A stretch of 42,847 nt of DNA from IMG/VR virus record IMGVR_UViG_3300048855_000185, positions 1 to 42,847 of that record; one strand, 5' to 3'. This document shows positions 1 through 8,529 of this stretch, one piece after another. Position numbers and translations under genes: made by a program. Within the stretch, counting starts at the first letter, position 1; each line of letters opens with the position of its first letter. The stretch comes from a virus. Its lineage: Duplodnaviria > Caudoviricetes. The notes beneath the pieces are model-generated. The model was given only the letters and a program-made list of their open reading frames with translations. It had not been told where the DNA came from and did no database searches.

Positions 1-735
1 CCCGCCCGGGGGCCCGGCCCCGCGGCTGGGCTCGGCGCTGGGGGCCGCCCCCTCCACCGGCTGCGCCGGTCCCCCTCCCCCGTGAACGGGGGAGGAAAGG
101 AAACTACGAACGCCGCGCGTGACCAGCTTGCCCTCGACCACCTCGACGATCTCGCCCGGCTCCAGGCGGCGCAGACCCTTGAAGATCGTCTCGCCGGTCA
201 GGGTGTAGTTGAAGGCCAGCAGTTCGCGGGCGCGATCCGGCGAAAGCTCCGGCGCGATCAGGCCGGCCGCCAGGAAGGCCCGGGGTTCCGAGGCGAAGGC
301 GACCGAGCCTTCATGCTCCAGGACATAGAGCGGCTTGATGCCGAAGGGGTCGCGGACCAGCCAGGTCCGGCCATCCGCGCCGATCAGGCAGAAGGCGTAC
401 ATGCCGCGCAGGCGCTGGAACGCGGCGGGGCCTTCCTGGGCGTAGATGTGCAGCAGCGGTTCGAAGTCCGAGCCGGTGCCGAGCTGGCCGGCCAGGCCGA
501 ACTCCTGCGCCAGTTCGACATAGTTATAGATCTCGCCGTTGCCGATCACCGTGCAGCCTGCGGCGTGCAGCGGCTGCCAGCCGCACTCCAGGTCGATGAT
601 CGACAGCCGGGCATGGGCGAGCGAGCGTCCGTCCGCCTCCTCGACGAACACGCCGTCGGGGCCGCGGTGGGTCAGGGCCTCGATCATCGGGCGAGCCGAG
701 CCGCCCCCTCCGATCACGCCGGCTATGCCGCACAT
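1..735 (-). CDS. asnB: Asparagine synthase (glutamine-hydrolyzing) family amidotransferase, N-terminal part; runs off the window
   Basis: Hand translation from ATG at 735 gives MCGIAG...HRGPDG...HARLSIIDL...QPL...NGEIYNY, the class II glutamine amidotransferase signature. Frame appears open to base 1. Start overlaps the upstream stop (TGATG). Confidence 0.9.
   Translation of the reverse strand, partial: MCGIAGVIGGGGSARPMIEALTHRGPDGVFVEEADGRSLAHARLSIIDLECGWQPLHAAGCTVIGNGEIYNYVELAQEFGLAGQLGTGSDFEPLLHIYAQEGPAAFQRLRGMYAFCLIGADGRTWLVRDPFGIKPLYVLEHEGSVAFASEPRAFLAAGLIAPELSPDRARELLAFNYTLTGETIFKGLRRLEPGEIVEVVEGKLVTRGVRSFLSSPVHGGGGPAQPVEGAAPSAEPSRGAGPPGG
48..97. repeat. Alphaproteobacterial short palindromic repeat element (RPE/CIR-like) lying in-frame within asnB
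   Basis: CCCCCTCCACCGGCTGCGCCGGTCCCCCTCCCCCGTGAACGGGGGAGGAA contains two hairpins: ACCGGC-TGC-GCCGGT (56-70) and CCTCCCCCG-TGAA-CGGGGGAGG (74-95). Confidence 0.65.
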
Positions 736-1763
736 CAGTCGGCTCCGTAATCGGCGAACAGCTCACGCCATTGGGCCACCACCGCCGCGGGCGAGAACTC
801 CGCCTCCACGCGTTCGGCCCCTTGCTGGACGAGGCGGATCCGCAGCATCGGGTCGGAGACCAGCCGGTTGATCGCCGCCGCCAGCGCGTCGGCGTCGTCG
901 ACCGGGACCAGCAATCCGTCCTCGCCGTCGCGAATCAGGGCGGAGGGACCTTGGCTGGCCGCGGCGACAACCGGCAACCCGTGGGCCCAGGATTGGATCA
1001 CCACATTGCCGAGCGGCTCGTATCTCGACGGAAAAACGCAGATGTCGGCGGCGCGGTAGAGCGCTGAAGGATCGGTCCGCCAGCCGAGGAATCGCACGCG
1101 ATCGGCGACGCCGAGCGCCTGGGCCATGCCCCGCAGCTTGGTCTCCAGCCCGCCGACGCCGGCGATCCAGAGGTGGGCGTGCGGAACCTGCGCCAAGGCG
1201 GCCAGCGATACATCGTGCGCCTTGGCCTCGTGCAGGCGCCCCATGGCCAGCAGCAGCGGCACGTCCTGCGGCGTGTCCAGCGTGGCCCGGTCCACCGGCG
1301 CCACATCGGCGGGCGCGGCGGCGAAGTTGGGAATATGGCGCACCTTCCCGGCCGGCCAGCCCTGGTTCACCACCCACTCGGCGATGTCCTCGGTGTTGGC
1401 GACGAGTTCGTCGAAATCCTTGTAATATTTAAGGTTGTAGTACCCGCCGAGCCGGCCGACGCGCGCCCAGGGACCGTTCGGCGTATGACGCGCGGCCCGG
1501 TTCATCCAGGCGAGGGCGAGTTTCACCTCATGCTTCTGTGCGAAGGCCTTCAGCCTCGGCTTGGTCAGAATGTCGATGGGACCGCCGAATCGGAAGACGC
1601 CGGACGGCACGCCGATGCGGGCCAGGGCGGCCTCGCGATTGGCGTTGGCGCGGATCGCGGCGACCTGCCCGACGCGGTCTTCGGCCAAGGCCGCGACCAG
1701 ATCGAGGAAGTAGGTTTCCGCGCCGCCTTCGCCGGCTGTTCCGAGGAGATGGAGGACGCTCAT
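735..1763 (-). CDS. Glycosyltransferase family 4 (GT-B fold)
   Basis: 342 aa; GGAE near the N-terminus, GRLHEAK, and the FPSRYEPLGNVVIQSWAHGLPVVA motif. Confidence 0.92.
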   Translation of the reverse strand: MSVLHLLGTAGEGGAETYFLDLVAALAEDRVGQVAAIRANANREAALARIGVPSGVFRFGGPIDILTKPRLKAFAQKHEVKLALAWMNRAARHTPNGPWARVGRLGGYYNLKYYKDFDELVANTEDIAEWVVNQGWPAGKVRHIPNFAAAPADVAPVDRATLDTPQDVPLLLAMGRLHEAKAHDVSLAALAQVPHAHLWIAGVGGLETKLRGMAQALGVADRVRFLGWRTDPSALYRAADICVFPSRYEPLGNVVIQSWAHGLPVVAAASQGPSALIRDGEDGLLVPVDDADALAAAINRLVSDPMLRIRLVQQGAERVEAEFSPAAVVAQWRELFADYGAD

Positions 1764-1806
1764 GCCGGGCAGAACCTAGCCGGGCTTTGCGCCGCACCCA
1801 AGCCGC

Positions 1807-1835
1807 TTGAAGATCAGAAAAACCCCCCCTATAAA
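1807..1835 (+). promoter_or_regulatory. Sigma70-type promoter of the tRNA gene
   Basis: TTGAAG (1807-1812), 17 nt, TATAAA (1830-1835), then a GC-rich discriminator CCGCGCC, ~25 nt upstream of the tRNA. Confidence 0.65.
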
Positions 1836-1859
1836 CCGCGCCTCGCCGAAAGGTCCGGC

Positions 1860-1936
1860 GGCTGGGTAGCTCAGATGGTTAGAGCGGTGGATTCATAACC
1901 CACAGGTCGGCGGTTCGATCCCGCCCCCAGCTACCA
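1860..1936 (+). tRNA. tRNA-Met (CAT), probably elongator; prophage integration site
   Basis: 77 nt: acceptor stem GGCTGGG/CCCAGCT, D-arm AGCTCAG..GGTTAGAGC, anticodon CAT at 1894-1896, T-loop GTTCGATC, encoded 3' CCA. Confidence 0.93.
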
Positions 1937-3521
1937 CCTTATACAAACTCGGCGGGGGAGCTTCGGCGTCCCCAGGCGGGCGCAGGAACGCCGCTAGCGT
2001 CCCATGGAGAGTGATCTTCACGGGGGCGTCGCGGCCGGGTCCTGTCGACTGGATCGTGACCCGGTCAATCAGCCCGCGCGCCGCCGCGATCAGTTCTTCG
2101 GAGACGTTGTCGTCGCGGGTCGAGCGATCGGCGAGGGCGAGCTGTAGCTGGGCGATGCGTTCGGCGTACCGCTCAGCGGCCATGGGGTGCAGCCGCACGG
2201 GCGGCGGGGCTTCACGCTGCAGCATGGCAAGGCGCGCCTCCAACTCCACCTTCTCGGCCTCCTGAGCGACAAGGCGCTCCTTCATCGCCGGCGTGGCCGT
2301 GCCGTCGCAGATCGCGTCGACCAAGCGCTCGATCCCGCGCGTCAGCTCGCCAAGCCGGCGGGCGACAGGCGCGATGCTGGCGGTGTTCGCCGCCTGCTTC
2401 TCGCTCCAGGCCTGATGATAGAGCCTGACATAGGCGGCGACGGCGGCGGGGGAGAGCAGGCGGTTGCGGATGCCCTCTAGGACGCGGGTCTCGACCTCGA
2501 TCCGGCTGACGGTGCGGCTGTTGCCGCAGACGCTGTCGCCCTTCTCGCGATGTGCGGCGCAGATCAGTCGGCGGCGGCCGTCGTAACTGGTCATGGTCGC
2601 GCCGCACTGCGCGCACTTCAGCAGGCCGGAGAACACACCAGGACGTCGCCGGCGCAGCTCGACCGGCCGTTTGCCGGCCTCGGCCTGTTTGCGGGCGCGG
2701 ACCTGGCCCCACACGTCGGCCGGGACGATGCGCAGATGCGGCACTTCCACCCGCCGCCATTCGGATTCCGGCCTGGGCTTGCTGATCCGCTTGCCGCTCA
2801 CCGGGTCCTTCCGCATCTCGATCCGGTTGAAGACCTTCACGCCGGCGTAGAGTTCGGTGTTCAAGATCCCGTTGGCGCGCTGCACCGAGCCGTTGATGGT
2901 CGACGCGTTCCACGTCCCGCCGCGCGGGCTCGGGACGCCGCGCACGTTGAGGTCGTTGGCGATCTGCCTGGGCGCCGCGCCGCCGGCGTAGGCCGCGCAG
3001 ATCTCGCGGATCGCCTCGGCCTCGGGCTCAACGATCGACACCTTGCCGCCGGCCTCGGACTTGTAGCCGTAGAGCCGAGATCCGGTCGCCAGACCCTTCT
3101 CAGCGTTGGAGTGCATGCCGCGCTTGGTCTTGTCGCTGAGCGCCGACAGATACAGCTCATTCATCAGGCCCTTGAAGGCGCTCTCGATGACGGTGACCCG
3201 GTCGGTGGAGAGCGTGGCGATCCCGATGCCGGCGTAGGTCAGCCGGTTGAACACATGGGCGTCATGCTCACGGTTGCGGGCGAGGCGGTCCTGATCCTCG
3301 ACAAGCACCAGGTCGAACTCGCGCCGATCGGCGGCGGCGAGCAGCGACAGCAGGCCGGGCCGGTTGGCCATGGTGGCGCCGGAGATCGCTGCGTCGGTAT
3401 AGGCGGTGATGACGGTCCAGTCCCGCCGGCCGGCATGGGCGGCGCAGACGGCGATCTGATCGTCAATCGACCGCTCGTTCTGGCGGTCGGAGGAATAGCG
3501 GGCGTAGATCGCAACGCGCAT
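1893..3521 (-). CDS. Large serine recombinase (phage integrase)
   Basis: 542 aa; catalytic MRVAIYARYSS and DRLAR motifs, recombinase domain, zinc ribbon (SGLLKCAQCG...C...C) and coiled coil. Confidence 0.95.
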   Translation of the reverse strand: MRVAIYARYSSDRQNERSIDDQIAVCAAHAGRRDWTVITAYTDAAISGATMANRPGLLSLLAAADRREFDLVLVEDQDRLARNREHDAHVFNRLTYAGIGIATLSTDRVTVIESAFKGLMNELYLSALSDKTKRGMHSNAEKGLATGSRLYGYKSEAGGKVSIVEPEAEAIREICAAYAGGAAPRQIANDLNVRGVPSPRGGTWNASTINGSVQRANGILNTELYAGVKVFNRIEMRKDPVSGKRISKPRPESEWRRVEVPHLRIVPADVWGQVRARKQAEAGKRPVELRRRRPGVFSGLLKCAQCGATMTSYDGRRRLICAAHREKGDSVCGNSRTVSRIEVETRVLEGIRNRLLSPAAVAAYVRLYHQAWSEKQAANTASIAPVARRLGELTRGIERLVDAICDGTATPAMKERLVAQEAEKVELEARLAMLQREAPPPVRLHPMAAERYAERIAQLQLALADRSTRDDNVSEELIAAARGLIDRVTIQSTGPGRDAPVKITLHGTLAAFLRPPGDAEAPPPSLYKVVAGGGIEPPTCGL

Positions 3522-3658
3522 TAAGCGGCCTCGGCGGACTCGGCTTGGAGCGCGGCATAGTCCTCTTCGACGTGGGCGCGGGCAAGGGCCGCGATCAGGC
3601 GCAGCAGCTCGGGCGGTAGATCCGCCTCGTGGTCGAGCTGGTGCGCCTGTTGAGCCAT
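3521..3658 (-). CDS. 45-aa protein coupled to the integrase; candidate recombination directionality factor
   Basis: MAQQAHQLDHEADLPPELLRLIAALARAHVEEDYAALQAESAEAA; its stop overlaps the integrase ATG (TAATG). Confidence 0.55.
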   Translation of the reverse strand: MAQQAHQLDHEADLPPELLRLIAALARAHVEEDYAALQAESAEAA

Positions 3659-3659
3659 C

Positions 3660-4010
3660 TTAGGAGGGCTCTCCGCGAACAACGGCGTAGGTGCCGGCGT
3701 CCACCTCAGCCTTGAACCATCGCGCCCACTGCTCGGCGCAAACGTTCTTGCAGAAGTGCGGACTGATATAGCTCTCGCCGTCCCAGGCCGTGGCGGTGTG
3801 GACGTGGCGCCCCGCATCGCGCCCGGCATAGCGGACGTTGATGATGGGGTGGTTCGTGAAGCGCTGGGCTTCGGCCTTGGTGGCGGGCCGTTCCTGCAGC
3901 TCTAGCCAATAGGCGGAATGACGCCTCTCTCGGTTCGATCCGAAGCAAATGAGAACGGTCAACTTGGGGATGGGGCGGGCGCAATACGCGCAAAGCGGGG
4001 GCTTAGTCAT
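3660..4010 (-). CDS. Hypothetical phage protein with CxxC and CxxxC motifs
   Basis: MTKPPLCAYCARP...HFCKNVCAEQW; ATGA overlap with the upstream gene. Confidence 0.65.
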   Translation of the reverse strand: MTKPPLCAYCARPIPKLTVLICFGSNRERRHSAYWLELQERPATKAEAQRFTNHPIINVRYAGRDAGRHVHTATAWDGESYISPHFCKNVCAEQWARWFKAEVDAGTYAVVRGEPS

Positions 4011-4243
4011 GCTGCGGACGCCAGCTCGACAGAGTCGTCGGAGCCCCGATCTTGGGCGCGGGCGCGGGCGACAAGTGCCTTCCACGGGTTCGGGCGACGG
4101 AAGCCGCCTATGCGATTGAGGTGAACCCAGATCGCGGCCCAATAGCCGAACATCTGAAACTTGTAACGGGCTAGCGATTCCCAGGCCTTGGCCTCTGCCA
4201 CGTCAAGTTCGTGCGCAAGCTCCGCTGCGATGCGGTCGCTCAT
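4007..4243 (-). CDS. Hypothetical phage protein
   Basis: MSDRIAAELAHELDVAEAKAWESLARYKFQMFGYWAAIWVHLNR...; 4-nt overlaps at both ends. Confidence 0.7.
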   Translation of the reverse strand: MSDRIAAELAHELDVAEAKAWESLARYKFQMFGYWAAIWVHLNRIGGFRRPNPWKALVARARAQDRGSDDSVELASAA

Positions 4244-4722
4244 GGCCGACGCCTCTTCATCCATGTCATGAGCCGGTCCCGGCCGGCGCCGTTGACGGCG
4301 TAGACCGCGTCCTTGCCGTCGTTGATCGCGCGGACGAAGTCCCACAGGCCGAGGGCCTCGAACCGGCGCGCCTGCTCGCCGCCACGGGGGGTGCAGTAGT
4401 AGTTGCGCGAGCAGAAGTAGCCGCCGAGGCGCTCGGGCCGACCGAGGGCGTGATGCATGTCGGCGAAATCGTCGTCGGTCGGCTGGTGTTCGCGCGCGAT
4501 GGTCAGCACCACCTCCCAGCCAAGATCGGTGAGCTTCACACCGGTGCGGTCGGTCGGCGGACTGGCCTCGATCTGCGCCAGATCGAGGGTCAGCAGCGCG
4601 TCCAGGTCGCCACCTCGGCACTCGCCGTAGAGGCTGAGATCGGCCTTGGAGAGCCATTGGATGAGGAAGCGCTGCGCCTCGCTGAGAGGCGGGCCCGCGC
4701 CATTCGTGCGGGCGGCGATCAT
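4240..4722 (-). CDS. Hypothetical phage protein
   Basis: 160-aa ORF in the ATGA-coupled chain. Confidence 0.65.
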   Translation of the reverse strand: MIAARTNGAGPPLSEAQRFLIQWLSKADLSLYGECRGGDLDALLTLDLAQIEASPPTDRTGVKLTDLGWEVVLTIAREHQPTDDDFADMHHALGRPERLGGYFCSRNYYCTPRGGEQARRFEALGLWDFVRAINDGKDAVYAVNGAGRDRLMTWMKRRRP

Positions 4723-5189
4723 CGGGCTTTAGCCGGGTTGATCTTGCCGCCGTCCACGTCCACGCCCATGTCGATCAACGCCGCGCGCCACGTCGCCTGA
4801 ACCTCGGCTGCGCAGTGCGCCATCGCGTCCGGCCACGTCGGGTCGCGGCCCTGCTCCAGCTTGAACTTGACCTGATAAAACATGGTCTGGGCGTTGTGCG
4901 GCTGGTCCGGTGCGTGGGCGTGCGCGCATTCAGGACATGTGCCCTTCGGGGCGGGCAGCAGCATGAAGCTCTTCGTCTCGCAAACCGGCGAGGCGGGCGG
5001 GTCCGCGGTCCAAATCAGCGGCTCGGGGATCGCCTCGTCGGGTCCGAGGGGGTCACCGTCGGCGTTGCAATAGCTCTCGCGCTCGGGGCCACAGCAGTCG
5101 AAATGGATAGCGCCGCCGCTGTTGTCGGGCAGGTAGCGGTCGCCGTCCACGAAGGCGATGGCGCAGGCGATGCAGGTTTCCGCGTCCAT
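4719..5189 (-). CDS. Hypothetical Cys/His-rich phage protein (two putative metal-binding segments)
   Basis: MDAETCIACA...HFDCC and CPECAHAH...PHN...AHC; start overlaps the upstream stop. Confidence 0.65.
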   Translation of the reverse strand: MDAETCIACAIAFVDGDRYLPDNSGGAIHFDCCGPERESYCNADGDPLGPDEAIPEPLIWTADPPASPVCETKSFMLLPAPKGTCPECAHAHAPDQPHNAQTMFYQVKFKLEQGRDPTWPDAMAHCAAEVQATWRAALIDMGVDVDGGKINPAKAR

Positions 5190-5626
5190 CACTGCACCTC
5201 GCCGGCGATGACGAGGCGCGGGCCGGCGGCTTCGTAACGCACGCGCAGATTGGGGCCATCCATGGTGCAGGCGAGCCACTGGGGGCCGTCGTCGGGCTCG
5301 CGGCACTCCAGAGCGATATCGGGATCGTCGCCGCTTTGCTCTACGTCCCATCCGGCCGAACCCTCGTGCCAGCGCACGTAGTAGTAGGTCGTCCCCTCCG
5401 GCGGGGGCGGGTCCAGCTTCCAGCCGTCGGCCGACCACTCGGCGCGGACATCGCCCAGGACGATGATCTGCGAGGCGGCGAACACGTCGCCGTCCTGAGC
5501 AGCGGCTTCCCGGCCCCACGCCTCGTCCGGTTGGGAAAGCCATGCCGCCCAGCAGTCGAGATCCGGAGAGCAGGGCAGGACTTCGTCGCAGTAGTCATCG
5601 AGATAGATCAGGGGTTCGGTCGTCAT
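5189..5626 (-). CDS. Acidic hypothetical phage protein
   Basis: 145-aa ORF in the coupled chain. Confidence 0.6.
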   Translation of the reverse strand: MTTEPLIYLDDYCDEVLPCSPDLDCWAAWLSQPDEAWGREAAAQDGDVFAASQIIVLGDVRAEWSADGWKLDPPPPEGTTYYYVRWHEGSAGWDVEQSGDDPDIALECREPDDGPQWLACTMDGPNLRVRYEAAGPRLVIAGEVQ

Positions 5627-6015
5627 GCCCAGGCCTCCAACCGGCCCGCACGCGCCGCAAGGGCCTGTGCTTCTTCGGGAGTGGCGGGTTCAAAGCAGGG
5701 GCGAGGAGTGCCTGAGCCGTCATCAACCGTCAGGGTATGCAGGCTGAACAAGCCGCCTAGGGTCCAGTCGCAGCCGAGTCCCTTCGCCCCCTTCTCCTTG
5801 TAAGGTCCAGCGGCGGTCCAGCGGCCGGCACACGAGAAGCCCAAGAACCCGCTGACGGCTTCGAAGTCCTTCCCGGCGCTCACGCAGATGAGCGTTCTTG
5901 CCGACTGTACCGTACCGCACACGACGCACTTGAAGGCGAGATCCAAGGTCTCGGCGACGCCTTGGGCTTTGAGTTCCGCGTGGAACTCGTCCAGCGTAAG
6001 CTTGCGAATGTCCAT
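5623..6015 (-). CDS. Conserved phage protein, VVA0879-like
   Basis: AFKCVVCGTVQSA...GFSCAGRW...GCDWTLGGLF pattern, recognised from memory. Confidence 0.65.
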   Translation of the reverse strand: MDIRKLTLDEFHAELKAQGVAETLDLAFKCVVCGTVQSARTLICVSAGKDFEAVSGFLGFSCAGRWTAAGPYKEKGAKGLGCDWTLGGLFSLHTLTVDDGSGTPRPCFEPATPEEAQALAARAGRLEAWA

Positions 6016-6017
6016 GA

Positions 6018-8075
6018 TCAGCGCGCCTCCGCGTCGGCGCCGGGACCGGCGAGGTTGCGGAGATAGTCGGGGGTGGCTTCCTCGTCGGCCTGGGCCTCGA
6101 TCGCCTCTTCGAGATCGATCTGCTCGGGCTCGTCGTCCATGCCGAGCCCCTCTATTTGGATCAGCTCGGTGAGCGCCATGGCTCCGTCGTAGTGCCAGTC
6201 ATAGCCGTCGTCGCCGTATGCGACGCCCTCTTGGAGGAGGAAGGCGACGAGGCCTGCCTCGGCCATGCTGGCGGCGGCGCCCTCGGAAATCTCAAGATTT
6301 TCTTCGAGATTACCGGCGACCATCCCGAGGAATTCGGCGCGCGAGGGCAGGGCGTCGGGTTCGGGTTCCGGCGGTCTCGACCACGCCGTGTCGAGATCTT
6401 CGCCGGAGTGGATCGGAAGGCCGAGCGCATAGTTGTGGGCGATGCAGCTTAGGCGCCGCCGAGCCTCAAACGCCCAGGCGGCTGCGACCGTGGTGTCGCC
6501 GCGCCCGTCGATCATCTCTGGAAACTTCGATCCCTCCGTGAGCACCAGGGTAAAGGGGCCGGCAATGCCATAACTGGCGTAGGTCGCCGAAAAAGCCGCA
6601 GTGAAAGCCGCGTGGTCGAGCCCTGGCGCGGCTCGCTCCAGCTCGCGAACGGCGGTGAAAAAGGCTCTGCCTTCGTCGCTGCTATCCCGAGCGACCATCG
6701 TCTCTTCCGCCGCTTTCTTCGCCGCGCGCCGTTCTTCTTCGGCGAGCTGCTTGGTCCTTCGGTCGAAATCCGCGGCTTGCTGACGAGCTTGCGCTTGCTC
6801 GGCTTCGCGGGCCTTCTCGATCAGGTCGGGCGCGGGCTCCGACCGGAAGGGTTCGTTTAGAGCCCAGGTGCCGTATTCGCCACGCACGTCAGCGGCGTCC
6901 CAGGTTGCGGCGATGCGGGCGGCTTCGGTTTCGCCGAGGACGCGCACGCGCAGGGAGTGCAGTGCGGCGGCGCGGGTCTTCTTGCCTTTGAAGCCGGGGA
7001 GTTGGGCTTCAAGGTTGTCGGCCGTAAATGGCCACTTCATGCACACCAAGTGGCGCGGGTCCGTCTTCCAGCCTTCGCAATGCGTAAGGAAATCACGCTG
7101 TAGCAGCGCCTGGATCGGTTCCCCTTCCTCCAATGCGCGGAAGCCAACGGCGATTGGCTTGGTGCTGTACCAGCAATTATCGAGGTTCTCGGGGAAGCGT
7201 TCACAAGCGTCCTGGATCTCGGCCATCGCCAGCAGTTCGGCTGGTGGCAGGGTCTTCGCCTTGTGGTCCCTCTCGCGCGCTCGGAGGTTCTGTACTTCGC
7301 GCCGGGCCTCTTTCAGCGACAGATGACCGTTGTCATCCTTGTCCAGCTCCAAGCGCACCTGAGTGATCGCTGGCAGCTCCAGCAGGTCCATGCGCTGTTC
7401 GACGTAGCGAACGGTCTTGCGAACGGCGTCGGCGATCGTCGCCTTGGCGTCCTTCAGTTCAAGCGACGGGTCTTCCGCCATGCGGGTGTCGATGATCCGC
7501 CTGAAGGCTCGCGCCTCTTCAAGCGGCGAAAGATCCGTGCGCTGGATGTTCTCGATGGTGGCGATCTCGAACGCCTGGGCGTCGGTCAGTTCACGATACA
7601 TCGCGGGGATAGTGGTCTTCTCGGCCTTTCGGCTCGCCCGCCAGCGGCGTTCGCCGGCCACGATCCGATAGCGCCCCTCGATCACGCCTTGGCGAATGAG
7701 GATCGGCTGAGTGACGCCCTTGTCGCGAATGGACGCGGCGAGGCCGTCCAGTTCTTCGTCATCGAAGATCACGCGCGGGTTGAGGGTCGGGTCCTGATCG
7801 ATCAGGTTGATGTCAAATTCACCGAAGCCGGGCGTGGTCGAGGCGCCGCCGTCCAGCTCGGCCAAGACCGCGACGCCATCGACGGTCAGCGCTGGCGGCG
7901 AACCGGGTTCGCGGGTGATCAAGCCAGCCTTTTCGAGCACGCTCAGATCGCGCGAAATGTTGTTCGACTTGCGGCCGCTGGCTTCGGCCAGGGCCTTGGC
8001 GCTGAGGTCGCCGCCGGCGTGGATAGCGCGCAGCAGCGGGGCGCTTGAGACGGCGATGGGGGTGAGGATGGTCAA
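6018..8075 (-). CDS. ParB/RepB/Spo0J-family protein with N-terminal HTH and long C-terminal extension
   Basis: 685 aa; NPR, LAASIRDKGVTQPILIR, IVAGERRWRAS (GxxRxxA CTP-binding patch), ENIQRTDLSPLEEA; N-terminal HTH (AKALAEASGRKSNNISRDLSVLEKAGLI). TTG start overlaps the upstream stop. Confidence 0.88.
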   Translation of the reverse strand: MTILTPIAVSSAPLLRAIHAGGDLSAKALAEASGRKSNNISRDLSVLEKAGLITREPGSPPALTVDGVAVLAELDGGASTTPGFGEFDINLIDQDPTLNPRVIFDDEELDGLAASIRDKGVTQPILIRQGVIEGRYRIVAGERRWRASRKAEKTTIPAMYRELTDAQAFEIATIENIQRTDLSPLEEARAFRRIIDTRMAEDPSLELKDAKATIADAVRKTVRYVEQRMDLLELPAITQVRLELDKDDNGHLSLKEARREVQNLRARERDHKAKTLPPAELLAMAEIQDACERFPENLDNCWYSTKPIAVGFRALEEGEPIQALLQRDFLTHCEGWKTDPRHLVCMKWPFTADNLEAQLPGFKGKKTRAAALHSLRVRVLGETEAARIAATWDAADVRGEYGTWALNEPFRSEPAPDLIEKAREAEQAQARQQAADFDRRTKQLAEEERRAAKKAAEETMVARDSSDEGRAFFTAVRELERAAPGLDHAAFTAAFSATYASYGIAGPFTLVLTEGSKFPEMIDGRGDTTVAAAWAFEARRRLSCIAHNYALGLPIHSGEDLDTAWSRPPEPEPDALPSRAEFLGMVAGNLEENLEISEGAAASMAEAGLVAFLLQEGVAYGDDGYDWHYDGAMALTELIQIEGLGMDDEPEQIDLEEAIEAQADEEATPDYLRNLAGPGADAEAR
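7898..7912. repeat. Dispersed palindrome copy 1, GCGAACCGGGTTCGC (inside the parB-like gene)
   Basis: Matches CGAAC-N3-GTTCG. Confidence 0.8.
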
Positions 8076-8206
8076 GAGGCGGCTCCGGTGAAGACCGCCT
8101 CGGCCATGGCTTGCACGATGGCGAGCAGGGCGAAGGCGGCGAGGATGTAGCGGGCGCGGTTGCGCGCGCCGCGTCGGGCGAAGAGGGGTGGCGGGGGCGG
8201 TCTCAC
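8072..8206 (-). CDS. 44-aa single-TM protein (not in the ORF track)
   Basis: GTG start; MRPPPPPLFARRGARNRARYILAAFALLAIVQAMAEAVFTGAAS; GTGA and TTGA overlaps at both ends fill the gap exactly. Confidence 0.55.
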   Translation of the reverse strand: MRPPPPPLFARRGARNRARYILAAFALLAIVQAMAEAVFTGAAS

Positions 8207-8529
8207 CGGCTGTAGGCGGCGACGGCTGCGAGCAGGGCTTCGGCCGCGTGGGGCTCGGAGGCGACCACGCCGACGTAGCTGCGCTCGCCCGATTGGCTGT
8301 CGAGCGCCTCGACCTTGAGCGCTGAGAAGGTGTCGAAGCCGGGATAGACGCAGGTGATCGGCGTCAGGGTGAGCGGCTGGCCCTTGGCGTCGCAGGCGAG
8401 GCGCTCGGCGACGTCGGAGATCTCCGCGAAGCCGATCGGGCGTTCCCAGCCCGGCGCGATCAGGGTCCAGGGCGCCGGCTTGCGCAGTTGGTGCGGGTCT
8501 ATGGGCGCGGCGGCGAGGGCGGGGCTCAT
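8203..8529 (-). CDS. Hypothetical phage protein
   Basis: MSPALAAAPIDPHQLRKPAPW...; ATGA overlap with the upstream gene. Confidence 0.6.
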   Translation of the reverse strand: MSPALAAAPIDPHQLRKPAPWTLIAPGWERPIGFAEISDVAERLACDAKGQPLTLTPITCVYPGFDTFSALKVEALDSQSGERSYVGVVASEPHAAEALLAAVAAYSR

